NCBI GenBank assembly: GCA_043809585.1
Contig: JBDROZ010000084.1
Location: forward strand, 60,743 to 80,742
DNA: 20,000 nt
Reading direction: 5' to 3'
Origin: Candidatus Eiseniibacteriota bacterium
GTDB lineage: Bacteria; Orphanbacterota; Orphanbacteria; Orphanbacterales; Orphanbacteraceae
The notes beneath the pieces are model-generated. The model saw only the letters and a program-made list of their open reading frames with translations. It made no database searches and was not told the DNA's origin. This document shows positions 1 through 8,763 of this stretch, piece by piece. Position 1 is the first letter of the stretch; each line of letters begins with the position of its first letter. The position numbers and the translations under genes are program-made.

Positions 1-1
1 T

Positions 2-133
2 CACCTCCACGGGAAGGAAACGGCGGAGGCGAAGAAGACCTTCGAGCTGCTCCTCGGGAAGGACGAGAACTTCTCGTGGGACCGGGCATACCTCGTCCGC
101 CGGGAGGCGGAGGAGGCGTTGGAGGCATTCTGA
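2..133 (+). CDS. 3' end of a gene entering from the left edge (helical, possibly TPR-like C-terminus)
   Basis: Frame 2 is open from the window edge to TGA at 131-133: HLHGKETAEAKKTFELLLGKDENFSWDRAYLVRREAEEALEAF*. Codon usage is GC3-rich like neighbouring genes. Too short to assign function. Confidence 0.6.
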   Translation, partial: HLHGKETAEAKKTFELLLGKDENFSWDRAYLVRREAEEALEAF

Positions 134-241
134 GAGCGACCCCGCATTCAACGGGATTGTGTGTCTTTGCCGGACGGCCAAGGTCGGGTACCCCAAAGGA
201 GAGATCAGCCGACCCGTTTGCCGGCCCCCAAAAAACCCGGG

Positions 242-270
242 TTCCAATTCGCTCTATTCTGTGGTATAGT
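242..270 (+). promoter_or_regulatory. Putative sigma70 promoter of the C25 gene (extended -10)
   Basis: TG-g-TATAGT at 262-270, with a weak -35 TTCCAA (242-247) at 17-bp spacing, in an AT-richer intergenic patch. RBS GGAGGT precedes ATG 400. Confidence 0.55.
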
Positions 271-399
271 AATGCGTTAGAAAGAGCCCACCGCTCCTTT
301 CGTTTCCCGCCGCTCCCCCCGCGCGCGGGCCGACGTCCGGCCCTGGCGCGCTAAGCCGATCGTGCTCGTAATCGTCCTGCTCTCGCTGGGAGGTCATCG

Positions 400-3300
400 A
401 TGCGCAACGTCGTCCCCTTCGCGGTCGTCGCCGTTTTCGGCCTGGCGGCTCCCCTTCTTGCCGCCGGTCTCGTTCCCCTCGCCGACCGCGCCGGCGAGCC
501 GCCCGTCATCGAAGTGGTCGAGCCCGGCGATCACGGGCTCCGCTTGATCTTCGAGATGAAGGATCTGGTCGAGGGGTCGATCACCACCGAGGACGGCTCC
601 TTCCAGACCGCCGCCCTACCGGGGGGCCAAATCGCGGGCCGCCCCGGCGAACCGGGCGTCCCCGTCTTCTCACGGTTCGTGGCGGTGCCCGAGGGGGCCG
701 TGATCCGCGTCAGTGCGGCGCGGGGGGACGAGGAGATCCGCGCCGGCGTCCGTCTCGCACCGGCGCCGGACGAGGAGGACAGGATCCTCTTCCGGGAGGC
801 GATCTACTTCCAGGCGCGGCTCGAGGATGAGCCCGCCGTGACGATCGGGGGGCCGGCCCGCATCCGGGATGTCACGGTCGTCCCGATCACGTTCCGGCCG
901 GTCCGGTACGACGCCGCCGGGGGCGTGATGAAGATCGCCCGGCGGCTCGACGTGGAGATCGCCTTCGAGGGGGGCGCGCCGCGGAAGAGCGCCGCCTCCA
1001 TGAAGCCCGTGCCGACGAGTTTCGCCGAGCTTTACCGGAGCATCGTCCTGAACGCCGACGACCTCCTCGCCGGACGGGAAGTCCGGCCGGGGGGGATCGC
1101 CGTGATCTACCCGGACAGCGCCGGCATTCTCGACAGCCTGCAGCGCTATGTCGAATGGCGGACCCGGAAGGGTGCGGAGGTGATCATCGCCTCCCGCGCC
1201 GAGGCGGGCGGGGGCAAGGCGAACATCAAGAGCTGGATCCAGTCGGTCTACGACGACCCGGACGTCGCCCTCGAGTATCTCGTGATCGTCGGGGACGCCG
1301 GCGACGTCGATACTCCCTTCCCCATTCCTTGCTGGCACGATCTCCGCAGCGGGTACTTCGGCGAGGGGGATCTCCCGTACGGGCTGCTCGAGGGGGACGA
1401 CGACCTCGCCGACGTCCATTACGGGCGACTCTCCTTCAGCACCCGAGACCAGCTGTCCATCATCCTCTCCAAGACCATCGGATACGAAACGGACCCGTAC
1501 ACGGACGATCCGGACTGGTTCACCCGGGCCGTGGTCGTCGGGGATCCGCGGCAATCGGGGATCAGCACCGTCGACGCCGGTCGCTGGCTGGAGCACAGAC
1601 TCGAGGGCATCGGGTACGACGACATCCACACGGTCTATGGCGGCGCCTTCACCTCTCTCATGCGGACCGGACTCGACCGGGGGAACACGGTCTTCGCCTA
1701 CCGGGGCTTCGCAGGCATGAGCGGATGGAGCAACGCCTTGACCAGCATCCTGACCAACGGGCGGATGCTCCCCTTCGTAGCCACCCTCACCTGCCTGACC
1801 GGCTCCTTCGAGGGGGGGACCTCCATCTCCGAAGGGTTCCTTCGGGCCGGCACCATCGGTCCTTTCGTCTCGAAGGGGGCCGTCGGCGCCGTAGGCACCG
1901 CGACGGGCGGGACCCACACCCGGTACAACAACTGCATGCACTACGGGATCTGGCGGGGCTTCACCCTCGAGGGACTGCAGACCATGGGCGCCGCCCTGAA
2001 CCGGGGCCGCCTCGAGATGTTCCTGAACTACGAGGCCATGGAGCCCTTCATCCCGGTCATCTGGTCGTATTGGAACAACCTGATGGGCGACCCGGCCCTC
2101 GACGTCTTCACCTCCTTCCCCGAACCGTTGACCGTCACCCACCCGTCGGTGATCCCGATCGGCGCGAGCGGCTTGAACGTCCTGGTCGAGGAACCGGGAG
2201 GGCCGTGCGAGGGGGCCCTCGTCTGCCTCTGGAAGGAGGGAGAAACTCACGTGACGGCGCTGACGGGACCGGACGGGTGGGCCGACCTCGGCATCGGCGT
2301 CGCCACGGCCGGGGAGATGAAGGTGACGGTCACCAAGCACGACCGCCGCGCCTATCTGGCTTCGGTTCCCGTGACGGACACCCTCCACGTGGGGGTGTCC
2401 ATGGGCGTGATCAGCGACGACGATCCCGCCGCCGGCGCGGCCGACGGCCGGATCAACCCGGGCGAGTCGATCGGATACACGGTGCAGCTCACGAACCACG
2501 GCGGCCAGACAGTCGCGGCCGTCACCGGCACGTTGACCACGGGGGATCCGTTCATCACCATCGTCGACGGCGCGGAGGAGTTCGGCGACATTCCGGCGGG
2601 CGGGTTCGCATGGTGCGCCGACGATTTCGATTTCACGGTGAACCCCGGATGTCCCGATGGGCACGAGGCGCGGTTGATCTTGACGGCGAGTTCCGCCGAC
2701 GGCTCCTGGGAGTCCTTCGTCGATCTTCCGGTCGTCTCCGCATGTCTGTCCGCCGACTCGGCGGCCGTGCACGACCCCGACGGGCGGCTCGATCCGGGCG
2801 AGACGGCGGAGCTCTCGGTCCGACTTTCGAACGGGGGGGGCGCCGACGCGACGGACGCCGCGGTGACGCTGAAGTCGCTTTCCGATTTCGTGATCGTCAC
2901 CGAGGGGTCCGCGGGCTACGGGACGATTCTCTCGGGCGGATCGGCGATGAACGGCGGCGACCGGTTCACGATCGTCGCGGCGGCGGACGCCTACGAGGGG
3001 ATGACGGCCTTCCTCATCTTGACGGCCGAGTTCAGCGGCGGGGCCCGGGACACGGCGTTTCTCGCCCTGCCGATCGGCGACCGGACCGAAGACGATCCGG
3101 CCGGGCCCAGCGGCTACGGCTACTGGGCTTTCGACGACGCCGACACCGCCTACCCGGAGGCGCCCGTTTTCGACTGGGTGGAGCTGGACCCCCTTTACGG
3201 AGGGAACGGCACGGAGATCGTCACGTCCGACTTCGGCGAGTTCGAGGACGAGACGGTCCTCTACGAGCTCCCCTTCCCCTTCCGGTACTACGGCGTGGAG

Positions 3301-4098
3301 TTCGACACGATCTCGATCTGCACGAACGGCTGGATTTCCATGGGTTCGACCGAGCTGATCTCTTACCGGAACTGGACCATCCCCGGCGGGGGCGGGCCGG
3401 ACGGGATCCTCGCGGTCTTCTGGGACAACTTGTACCAGGCCGGGGGCGCGAAGATCTACGTCAGGCACGACGAAGGGAACCACCGGTTCATCGTTCAGTG
3501 GAGCCGTCTCCTGAACGACTACTGCGGCGCCGTCGAGAACTTCGAAGTGATTCTCTTCGACCCGGCCTTCCACCCGACGGATACGGGGGACGGGATCATC
3601 CTCTACCAGTACGACGACATCACCAGCTGCGACGCCGTGAACGGCGGGTGCACGATCGGCATGGGGAGCCCGGACCAACGGGACGGACTTCTGGTGACGT
3701 ACTACGGACAGTACTCGGCGGGATCCATGGGGCTGGCCGACGTGAAGTCGATCAAGTTCGTGCCGGTCGGGCTCGGCGACATCTCGACGTTTGTCGCGAC
3801 CGGCGGCGGGCCGCCGATCGTGGTGACTGGTCTCGGCGCGGCGCGGCCGAATCCGTTCAACCCGAACACGACCCTCTCGTTCTCCTTGGAGAGCCCGGGC
3901 CCGGTCCGGATCGGCGTCTACGATGTCACGGGACGGCTCGTGCGGCGGCTCGTCGTGGGCGATCTTCCCGCGGGCACGCACGAGACGTCGTGGGACGGGC
4001 GAAGCGATCGGGGCGAGGGGGCGGCGTCGGGGGCGTATTTCGCGAGGATGGAGGCGGGCGGCGACGTGCGGGTGCGGAGGCTGATGCTGGTGAGGTAG
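400..4098 (+). CDS. Secreted C25 (gingipain-like) family protein: signal peptide, propeptide, C25 domain, tandem Ig-like repeats, C-terminal FlgD-Ig/T9SS-like domain (1232 aa)
   Basis: Hydrophobic N-terminus. Propeptide-like GxPxVPVFSRFVAVP. C25 motifs YLVIVGD, D-x-x-YG-x-L-x-GDD-x-x-D-x-x-x-GR, TC-x-TG-x-F, E-x-F-L-R, GAVGAVG, NLMGDP. Two repeats DGRINPGE/DGRLDPGE 112 aa apart. C-terminus PNPFNP...VYDVTGRLVR...WDGR...ASGAYF. Confidence 0.88.
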   Translation: MRNVVPFAVVAVFGLAAPLLAAGLVPLADRAGEPPVIEVVEPGDHGLRLIFEMKDLVEGSITTEDGSFQTAALPGGQIAGRPGEPGVPVFSRFVAVPEGAVIRVSAARGDEEIRAGVRLAPAPDEEDRILFREAIYFQARLEDEPAVTIGGPARIRDVTVVPITFRPVRYDAAGGVMKIARRLDVEIAFEGGAPRKSAASMKPVPTSFAELYRSIVLNADDLLAGREVRPGGIAVIYPDSAGILDSLQRYVEWRTRKGAEVIIASRAEAGGGKANIKSWIQSVYDDPDVALEYLVIVGDAGDVDTPFPIPCWHDLRSGYFGEGDLPYGLLEGDDDLADVHYGRLSFSTRDQLSIILSKTIGYETDPYTDDPDWFTRAVVVGDPRQSGISTVDAGRWLEHRLEGIGYDDIHTVYGGAFTSLMRTGLDRGNTVFAYRGFAGMSGWSNALTSILTNGRMLPFVATLTCLTGSFEGGTSISEGFLRAGTIGPFVSKGAVGAVGTATGGTHTRYNNCMHYGIWRGFTLEGLQTMGAALNRGRLEMFLNYEAMEPFIPVIWSYWNNLMGDPALDVFTSFPEPLTVTHPSVIPIGASGLNVLVEEPGGPCEGALVCLWKEGETHVTALTGPDGWADLGIGVATAGEMKVTVTKHDRRAYLASVPVTDTLHVGVSMGVISDDDPAAGAADGRINPGESIGYTVQLTNHGGQTVAAVTGTLTTGDPFITIVDGAEEFGDIPAGGFAWCADDFDFTVNPGCPDGHEARLILTASSADGSWESFVDLPVVSACLSADSAAVHDPDGRLDPGETAELSVRLSNGGGADATDAAVTLKSLSDFVIVTEGSAGYGTILSGGSAMNGGDRFTIVAAADAYEGMTAFLILTAEFSGGARDTAFLALPIGDRTEDDPAGPSGYGYWAFDDADTAYPEAPVFDWVELDPLYGGNGTEIVTSDFGEFEDETVLYELPFPFRYYGVEFDTISICTNGWISMGSTELISYRNWTIPGGGGPDGILAVFWDNLYQAGGAKIYVRHDEGNHRFIVQWSRLLNDYCGAVENFEVILFDPAFHPTDTGDGIILYQYDDITSCDAVNGGCTIGMGSPDQRDGLLVTYYGQYSAGSMGLADVKSIKFVPVGLGDISTFVATGGGPPIVVTGLGAARPNPFNPNTTLSFSLESPGPVRIGVYDVTGRLVRRLVVGDLPAGTHETSWDGRSDRGEGAASGAYFARMEAGGDVRVRRLMLVR

Positions 4099-4155
4099 GG
4101 GCATATGTCCTCCCACTTGGCTTGCCGGGGGGTACGGCGGGAGGACGAGGAGTCC

Positions 4156-6954
4156 CTATCGATCGACCCGGGGGGACGTCCCGAGGGCCGGCCCGAGAAG
4201 AACCGCGTTCGTGAAGAGCCGTCCCGTTCCGTGAAAGTACGCGCGGTACGCCGGGTTTCCGAGGAAGGAGATCACCTGGCCGTCCCCGACTTTTTCGCGG
4301 ACGAGATAGGAGGTGTGGGCCCGGCGCTCCCGGGCCTCCGGCCAGAGAAGGCCGGAGAGGCGGAGTCGGTCCGCGCCGGCGAAACGACCCACGGCGCGGG
4401 CGGGCTGCCGGGAGACGAGGGCGAGATCGGTGCGGAGGAGCACCGGAACTCGATCGCCGACTCCTCCGGTCAGCCAATGGCTCCCGTCGAGATCGGCCCG
4501 GAGGATCACTCCCTCCGGAGAGAACCGCCGGAGCCACTCGTCCTCCATCTCGGTCACCGCCGCCCATTCCACGGAATCCGAACCGGCGCCCCGAACGACC
4601 GCGCCCTCCCGGCCCGACCGGAGGGCGTCCCCGTCGACGCGAAGGTCGCCGAGGTGCGCCTCCCTCTCCGCGGCGCCGAGCCACGGTCCCGAATCGGCGA
4701 GGACCTGGCGCCGCGCACGGATGGAAACGAGCGGTTCGGGCGGGCCGAAGAGCGCCCAATTCCCCTCGCCCAGGGTGATGAGCGTTCCCCCCCCCGCGGT
4801 CCAGGAGGCGAGGGCCTTCATCCCTTCTTCACCGAGGGCGGCCAGGATTTCCGTTCCCCGGCCGGGGGCGGCATCGGGGACGACGATGACGTCGTACGCC
4901 TCCAGATCGGAGCCGGCGACCGCGCCCGCCCGGAGAAGGGCGCACGGAAGCCCGAGCTCCACGTCGAACCAGTGCCAGAGAGCGCCGAAGGTGCCCTCGT
5001 AAAAGGGGGGTCCCGCGAGGAGCGCGGTCCGGGGGCGGAAGAGGGGTCTCACGCCCCGGCTCCCGAGGTCCGGCCCGTCGTCGCTCAAGGGGTGATCGAC
5101 GCCGCGGAAGATCGCGCCCGTCCTCCGGGCGATCTCCTCCAAAGCCTCCGGCACCCGCTCGTCGGAGGGTCCGATCCAGGTCGTTCCGGCGCCGTACGCC
5201 CGGCCGTCGATCATGAAGGGCTCGGAAACCGCCGCGCACGGAATCCCCTCGAGAAGAAGGGACACGAGGGCGCCGGCCGTCCCCGGGCCGGCCGCGTCGA
5301 GAAGGAAACCGAACACCCCGTCCGGATTCTCCACGGCCCCCTCGAACCCGCCTTCCCCCTCGAAGGGTCTCCCCGAGTCGCCGTACCCTTCGCCCGACTC
5401 GTAGACGTCGACGCCGAAAGCCATCGCGAGGGACCACGCGGGCGACTCGTAAAAGAGGCTTGCCTCCCCCAGCTCGAGAAGCCGCCGTTCCTCGGTCAGA
5501 AAGCGGTCGTCGAGCACCGGGTCGAAATCGAGCACGGCCCGGGCGAGCCGTCCCCCCGGACGATCGAGGGGAACCACGTACGTTCCCGCGGGGAAGGCCC
5601 TCCCTCCTCGGGGCCCCTCCCCCCAGTAGCCGGTCGATCGGGGATCGGTGAACTCCTTGTCCGCGACGCGCACCGGCACGCCCTGGGCCGCGAGGGTCGC
5701 GGCCAGCCGTCGCGCGCGATCCCGATCGGGCTCGGGGGGAATCAGGAAGCTCCGAGTGCCCGACCCGTCCCCCTTCGCTTCTTCACGCCTCGCCCGGGCG
5801 AAGTCGCGGAGGAGCTCCTCACGCCCCTCGGCCGCGACGCGAAGGACCTCTCGGGCGACGACGAATTGCCGGGCCACCGCGTCCCGGTAATCCATGGTCC
5901 CCCCTTCGGGACGGCGGATCGAGACACCGTCGGTCGTCGACTGCTCGCCGAGAAACGCCACGGCCCCCGTGAAGAGGGGCCACGAACCTCCCCGGTTCGG
6001 GTTGAACTCCTCGTTCCAGTCTCCGGTGGCGCACGGCCAGCCCCGCCCGCCGAAGGCCCGCGCGACGGCGCCGGCGAACCGGTCCCACCACGCGCCGGTG
6101 GTCGAGGGGAGGTGCGGGTTGTACGGCTCCCGGGGAGGCGAGAGCAAATAGTGGCCGGAGGCGCGCATCTCGTGGAGGTCGATCGTCACCTGGGGCCGCC
6201 ATCCGATGAGGAGCTTCACCCGCGCCGCCGTCTCCGGCTGGGAGAGGGCGAACCAGTCACGGTTCAGATTGAGAAAGTAGTGGTTGCCGCGGGGGGACGG
6301 CCACGGGCTCCGATGGGGGATGCTCTGAGGGTCCGTGTCGGGGAACCGGCCGTTCCACATGGCGACGTCGGTCAGGAAGCGGTTCCGGCCGTCCGGGTTC
6401 TGCACGGGATCGAGGAGGACGATTGTCCTCTCCAATAGGGCCCGGGTCTCCTCCGAGCGGTCCGCCGCGAGGTGATGGAGCAGGGCGAGAACGGCGTCGG
6501 TCCCGGACGCCTCGTCTCCGTGAACGGAGGCGCCGATCCAGACGACGGCGGGAAGATCACGGAATGACTCCGCGCCCCCCCCGTCGAACGAGGCGAGACG
6601 CCCCCGGATCTCTTCCCGCCGTTCCAGGTTCGTAGGGGAGGAGACGATCGCGACGAGGAGCGGCCGCCCCTCGTGGGACCGCCCGTAGGTCTGGAGCAGC
6701 ACCCGGGGGGACGCGGCGGCGATCGCCTCGAAGGCGCGGGCGATTTCCGCTCCCGACGCGGGCCGCGTCCCGACCGTGGCGCCGAGAGCGGCCGCCGGAT
6801 CGGGGACGGAGGGATCGAGATCGGCGCCCGGCTCGAACGAAGGGCCGGGCGGAACCGCGGGGTCCGCCGCTCCGGCGGGAAGGGCGCCAAAGAATGTGAT
6901 CCCGATCACGGCGGCGAAGACCACCGCCCGAACCCCGAGACGCCGGGCCCTCAT
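4156..6954 (-). CDS. Secreted M14-family zinc carboxypeptidase with long C-terminal extension (932 aa; start re-called at 6954, not 7665)
   Basis: ATG at 6954 preceded by GGGGGAGG RBS and followed by a signal peptide (MRARRLGVRAVVFAAVIGITFFGALPAGAA). Zinc/M14 motifs YGRSHEGRPL, SVHGDE (HxxE), QNPDG, NLNRDW, DLHEM. C-terminal part has a class I glutamine-amidotransferase-like pattern (YDVIVVPD...GGGTLITLG). Confidence 0.9.
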   Translation of the reverse strand: MRARRLGVRAVVFAAVIGITFFGALPAGAADPAVPPGPSFEPGADLDPSVPDPAAALGATVGTRPASGAEIARAFEAIAAASPRVLLQTYGRSHEGRPLLVAIVSSPTNLERREEIRGRLASFDGGGAESFRDLPAVVWIGASVHGDEASGTDAVLALLHHLAADRSEETRALLERTIVLLDPVQNPDGRNRFLTDVAMWNGRFPDTDPQSIPHRSPWPSPRGNHYFLNLNRDWFALSQPETAARVKLLIGWRPQVTIDLHEMRASGHYLLSPPREPYNPHLPSTTGAWWDRFAGAVARAFGGRGWPCATGDWNEEFNPNRGGSWPLFTGAVAFLGEQSTTDGVSIRRPEGGTMDYRDAVARQFVVAREVLRVAAEGREELLRDFARARREEAKGDGSGTRSFLIPPEPDRDRARRLAATLAAQGVPVRVADKEFTDPRSTGYWGEGPRGGRAFPAGTYVVPLDRPGGRLARAVLDFDPVLDDRFLTEERRLLELGEASLFYESPAWSLAMAFGVDVYESGEGYGDSGRPFEGEGGFEGAVENPDGVFGFLLDAAGPGTAGALVSLLLEGIPCAAVSEPFMIDGRAYGAGTTWIGPSDERVPEALEEIARRTGAIFRGVDHPLSDDGPDLGSRGVRPLFRPRTALLAGPPFYEGTFGALWHWFDVELGLPCALLRAGAVAGSDLEAYDVIVVPDAAPGRGTEILAALGEEGMKALASWTAGGGTLITLGEGNWALFGPPEPLVSIRARRQVLADSGPWLGAAEREAHLGDLRVDGDALRSGREGAVVRGAGSDSVEWAAVTEMEDEWLRRFSPEGVILRADLDGSHWLTGGVGDRVPVLLRTDLALVSRQPARAVGRFAGADRLRLSGLLWPEARERRAHTSYLVREKVGDGQVISFLGNPAYRAYFHGTGRLFTNAVLLGPALGTSPRVDR

Positions 6955-6974
6955 CGTTCCTCCCCCGTCCTTGC

Positions 6975-8495
6975 TTACGCCGCCGCCGTCCTCTTCCGGG
7001 TGGCGAAGTAGAAGATGATCATGCCGATCGTGCCGGCGAGGCCGAAAGCGCCGAGATACCACCAGACCCGCCACGGGTCGTAGGTCTCCCAGAGCACCCG
7101 GGTCGCCTGGTCCACGGACGCGCCGCCCAGTGCCGCCGCGAGCGATTCCATCACCTGCTCGTCGCCGAGTTTCTCCACGCCCTCCGCCGCCATCCCGAGA
7201 TTGTGGACCATGTACTCCCGGGCGAGGTTGAACTTGCTCGACATGGTCTCGTACATCCGCCCGCCGATCCCGTTCCCCGCCGCCCAACCGATGGCGAAGG
7301 GGATGTTCGAATAGCCCATGTAGAGCGCCTTCTTGTCCTTCGGGGCGATGAGGCCGACGTAGGCGCTGAACGTGGGGCTGCAGGTCATCTCGCCGATCGA
7401 AAAGACGAGGATCATGAGGACGCAGAAGGAGCCGAGCATGGTCGATCCGGTGGCGACGAAACCGACGAGGGAGATCAGCATCCCCACCACCATGGCCGCG
7501 ACCTTGCTCACCCGCCCGATCAGCGCGGATATGAAGATCACGAGAAGGATGATCGACCACGGGTTGATGTTGATGATCATCTCCGGCTTCACCTGCCCGC
7601 TCTCCAGGAGCCAGCTCTTGCTGAAGAAGCCGAAGTAGGGAGCCACGTCGGCGGTGTTCACCCACTCGTCGATGAAGTTCGGCAGGAGATCCCAGAGCTG
7701 CATGAACATGAGCCAGAAGCAGGAGAAGATGAGGAGGAAGATGACGAGCCTAAGGTCCTTGAAGACCGTCGATATGGACGAGACGAAAACCTCCACCGGC
7801 CCCTGCTCCCTCTCCCCTTCCTTCACCGGTTCTTTTTCCGGTTCCCTGTAGAGGGTGAACGCCGGAATGAAGTTCAGGGAGGTCACGATGGCGGCGCCGT
7901 AGAAGACGTAGTGCCAGTTGATCTCGCCCCGGAGCGGCGCGGCGAGCATCGGGGCGAGGGCGCCGCCGATATTCACGACCCAGTAGAAGACGCCCCATCC
8001 CATGGAGGACGTGCTCTCGTCGGTCGACTTGGCTATGGTGCCGTGAACCGCCGGCTTGAAGATCGCCGTTCCCAGGGCGACGAAGCAGGCGGAAAGAAGG
8101 AAGACCCAGTAGGGGGCCCCGCTCCACCCTTGAGCCACGAAGGCATCGGCGATCGGCTTCGATTGGGCCATCCCTATGTAGCCGATGATGTTGAGCGTGA
8201 ACGCGACGGCGAGACTCTTCCGGTAGCCGTACCGTTCCGTGTACCCGCCCGAGACCATCGGCACCAGGCATTGGATCAGGGCCCAATACATGTAGATGTC
8301 GCCCTTCTGCTGGAACCCGAGGCCGAGCCCGTTCCTCTCGGCGGAGGCCACGAGGTAGAGGGGCGCGATCGCCCGCACTCCGAAGAAGGCGAGACGCTCG
8401 ATGATCTCCATGAAGTTGGCGAACCAGAAATTCGCCGGAAGGCCGCGAACCTGCTCGTAGAAGGACTGTTTCCTGACGGACGGGGTTGCTTCCAT
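6975..8495 (-). CDS. MFS transporter, POT/PTR-like proton-coupled oligopeptide transporter (506 aa; start re-called at 8495)
   Basis: ATG 8495 with CAGGAG RBS. N-terminal EIIERLAFFG matches the POT ExxER motif. Also G-x-x-x-ERYGYRK loop, GTAIFKP, FYWVVNIGG, SIGEM-x-x-SP, APKDKKALYMG, and many hydrophobic helices. Ends 20 bp before the M14 start, so probably one operon. Confidence 0.88.
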   Translation of the reverse strand: MEATPSVRKQSFYEQVRGLPANFWFANFMEIIERLAFFGVRAIAPLYLVASAERNGLGLGFQQKGDIYMYWALIQCLVPMVSGGYTERYGYRKSLAVAFTLNIIGYIGMAQSKPIADAFVAQGWSGAPYWVFLLSACFVALGTAIFKPAVHGTIAKSTDESTSSMGWGVFYWVVNIGGALAPMLAAPLRGEINWHYVFYGAAIVTSLNFIPAFTLYREPEKEPVKEGEREQGPVEVFVSSISTVFKDLRLVIFLLIFSCFWLMFMQLWDLLPNFIDEWVNTADVAPYFGFFSKSWLLESGQVKPEMIININPWSIILLVIFISALIGRVSKVAAMVVGMLISLVGFVATGSTMLGSFCVLMILVFSIGEMTCSPTFSAYVGLIAPKDKKALYMGYSNIPFAIGWAAGNGIGGRMYETMSSKFNLAREYMVHNLGMAAEGVEKLGDEQVMESLAAALGGASVDQATRVLWETYDPWRVWWYLGAFGLAGTIGMIIFYFATRKRTAAA

Positions 8496-8561
8496 GAACC
8501 GCTCCTGGTCTTGAGGGTGTCGAAGCGCGGCCGCCGGGCCCCGGGCCCGGGCGCTCCCGGC

Positions 8562-8650
8562 ATTGTACCAACTCGGCGGGCCCCTGTCCCCTTCTGCCCG
8601 TGGGGGCCGGACCGGATTCCCGTTTCCGGGAACGGGGCGTATGCTAAGAT
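8562..8650. promoter_or_regulatory. Divergent extended -10 promoters
   Basis: Minus strand TG-g-TACAAT (8570-8562) faces the POT/M14 operon. Plus strand TG-c-TAAGAT (8642-8650) faces the phosphodiesterase-like gene. Confidence 0.5.
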
Positions 8651-8763
8651 CGAAAAGCGGCCTCCGGAGGTTCGCGGGCGGAGACCTCCGGTCCTCCGGA
8701 TTTCCGCCGGGGAGCGCGCCTCCCCGAGGCCCTTCCCGGACGACCATGTATCCGAGGTATCCC

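Noticed and set aside
670-4214. Long ORFs 670..4116 (-) and 1155..4214 (+)
   Set aside because: Antisense and alternate-frame shadows of the C25 gene; Arg/Pro/Gly-rich, no motifs, expected at this GC content.
4105-6438. 777-aa plus-strand ORF
   Set aside because: Antisense shadow of the M14 gene.
6925-6954. Possible Tat signal (RARRLG) on the M14 protein
   Set aside because: Lacks the S/T-RR-x-F-L-K consensus; a Sec signal is the simpler reading.
6955-7665. N-terminal extension of the M14 ORF in the track
   Set aside because: Overlaps the POT transporter in another frame; RBS and signal peptide place the start at 6954.
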